Below, piece by piece: positions 50,853-50,853 of a stretch of 50,853 bases of DNA. The DNA is taken from NCBI GenBank assembly GCA_019058275.1, contig JAHLVW010000085.1:1-50853 (forward strand), read 5' to 3'. The DNA is from Candidatus Heimdallarchaeota archaeon (GTDB lineage: Archaea > Asgardarchaeota > Heimdallarchaeia > JABLTI01). Positions within the stretch are counted from its first letter, which is position 1. Each line of letters opens with the position of its first letter. Both the position numbers and the translations under genes were made by a program. The notes beneath the pieces are model-generated. The model was not told the DNA's origin. It saw only the letters and a list, made by a program, of their open reading frames with translations, and did not search any database.

Positions 50853-50853
50853 A

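Overview
AT-rich (about 30% GC by eye) prokaryotic DNA, most likely from an Asgard-type archaeon (Heimdallarchaeia-like). This is inferred from archaeal TATA boxes and GGTG(A)-type ribosome-binding sites, a RING-H2 protein, and surface proteins with C-terminal TM plus basic tails. The left third (about 1-17.6 kb) is an accessory and defence island. It is cut into modules by 13 same-orientation intergenic copies of a GC-richer repeat, up to 77 bp long, with consensus ATGYYYARCCAGCAGGTACTTACCACCTAAGCGTGTCCTTCCCGAACTGGACTTCTAGCCCTTAAAGAAGAAGTGTG. The modules between copies carry a BsaWI-like restriction-modification system, three toxin-antitoxin pairs, a RING protein and other small cargo, and a HEPN-like/NB-ARC/TPR protein lies just left of the first copy. 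The layout resembles an integron cassette array, but the sites are not canonical attC and no recombinase is visible in the window; this is the main candidate for an undescribed system. The rest of the window is ordinary accessory and metabolic DNA: peptidases, arsM with a PadR regulator, GNATs, an ABC solute-binding protein, DegV, SCP2, GH127, BioY and an SDR. It has an unusually high number of frameshifted or nonsense-disrupted genes. No rRNA, tRNA, CRISPR array, transposase or integrase was recognised.
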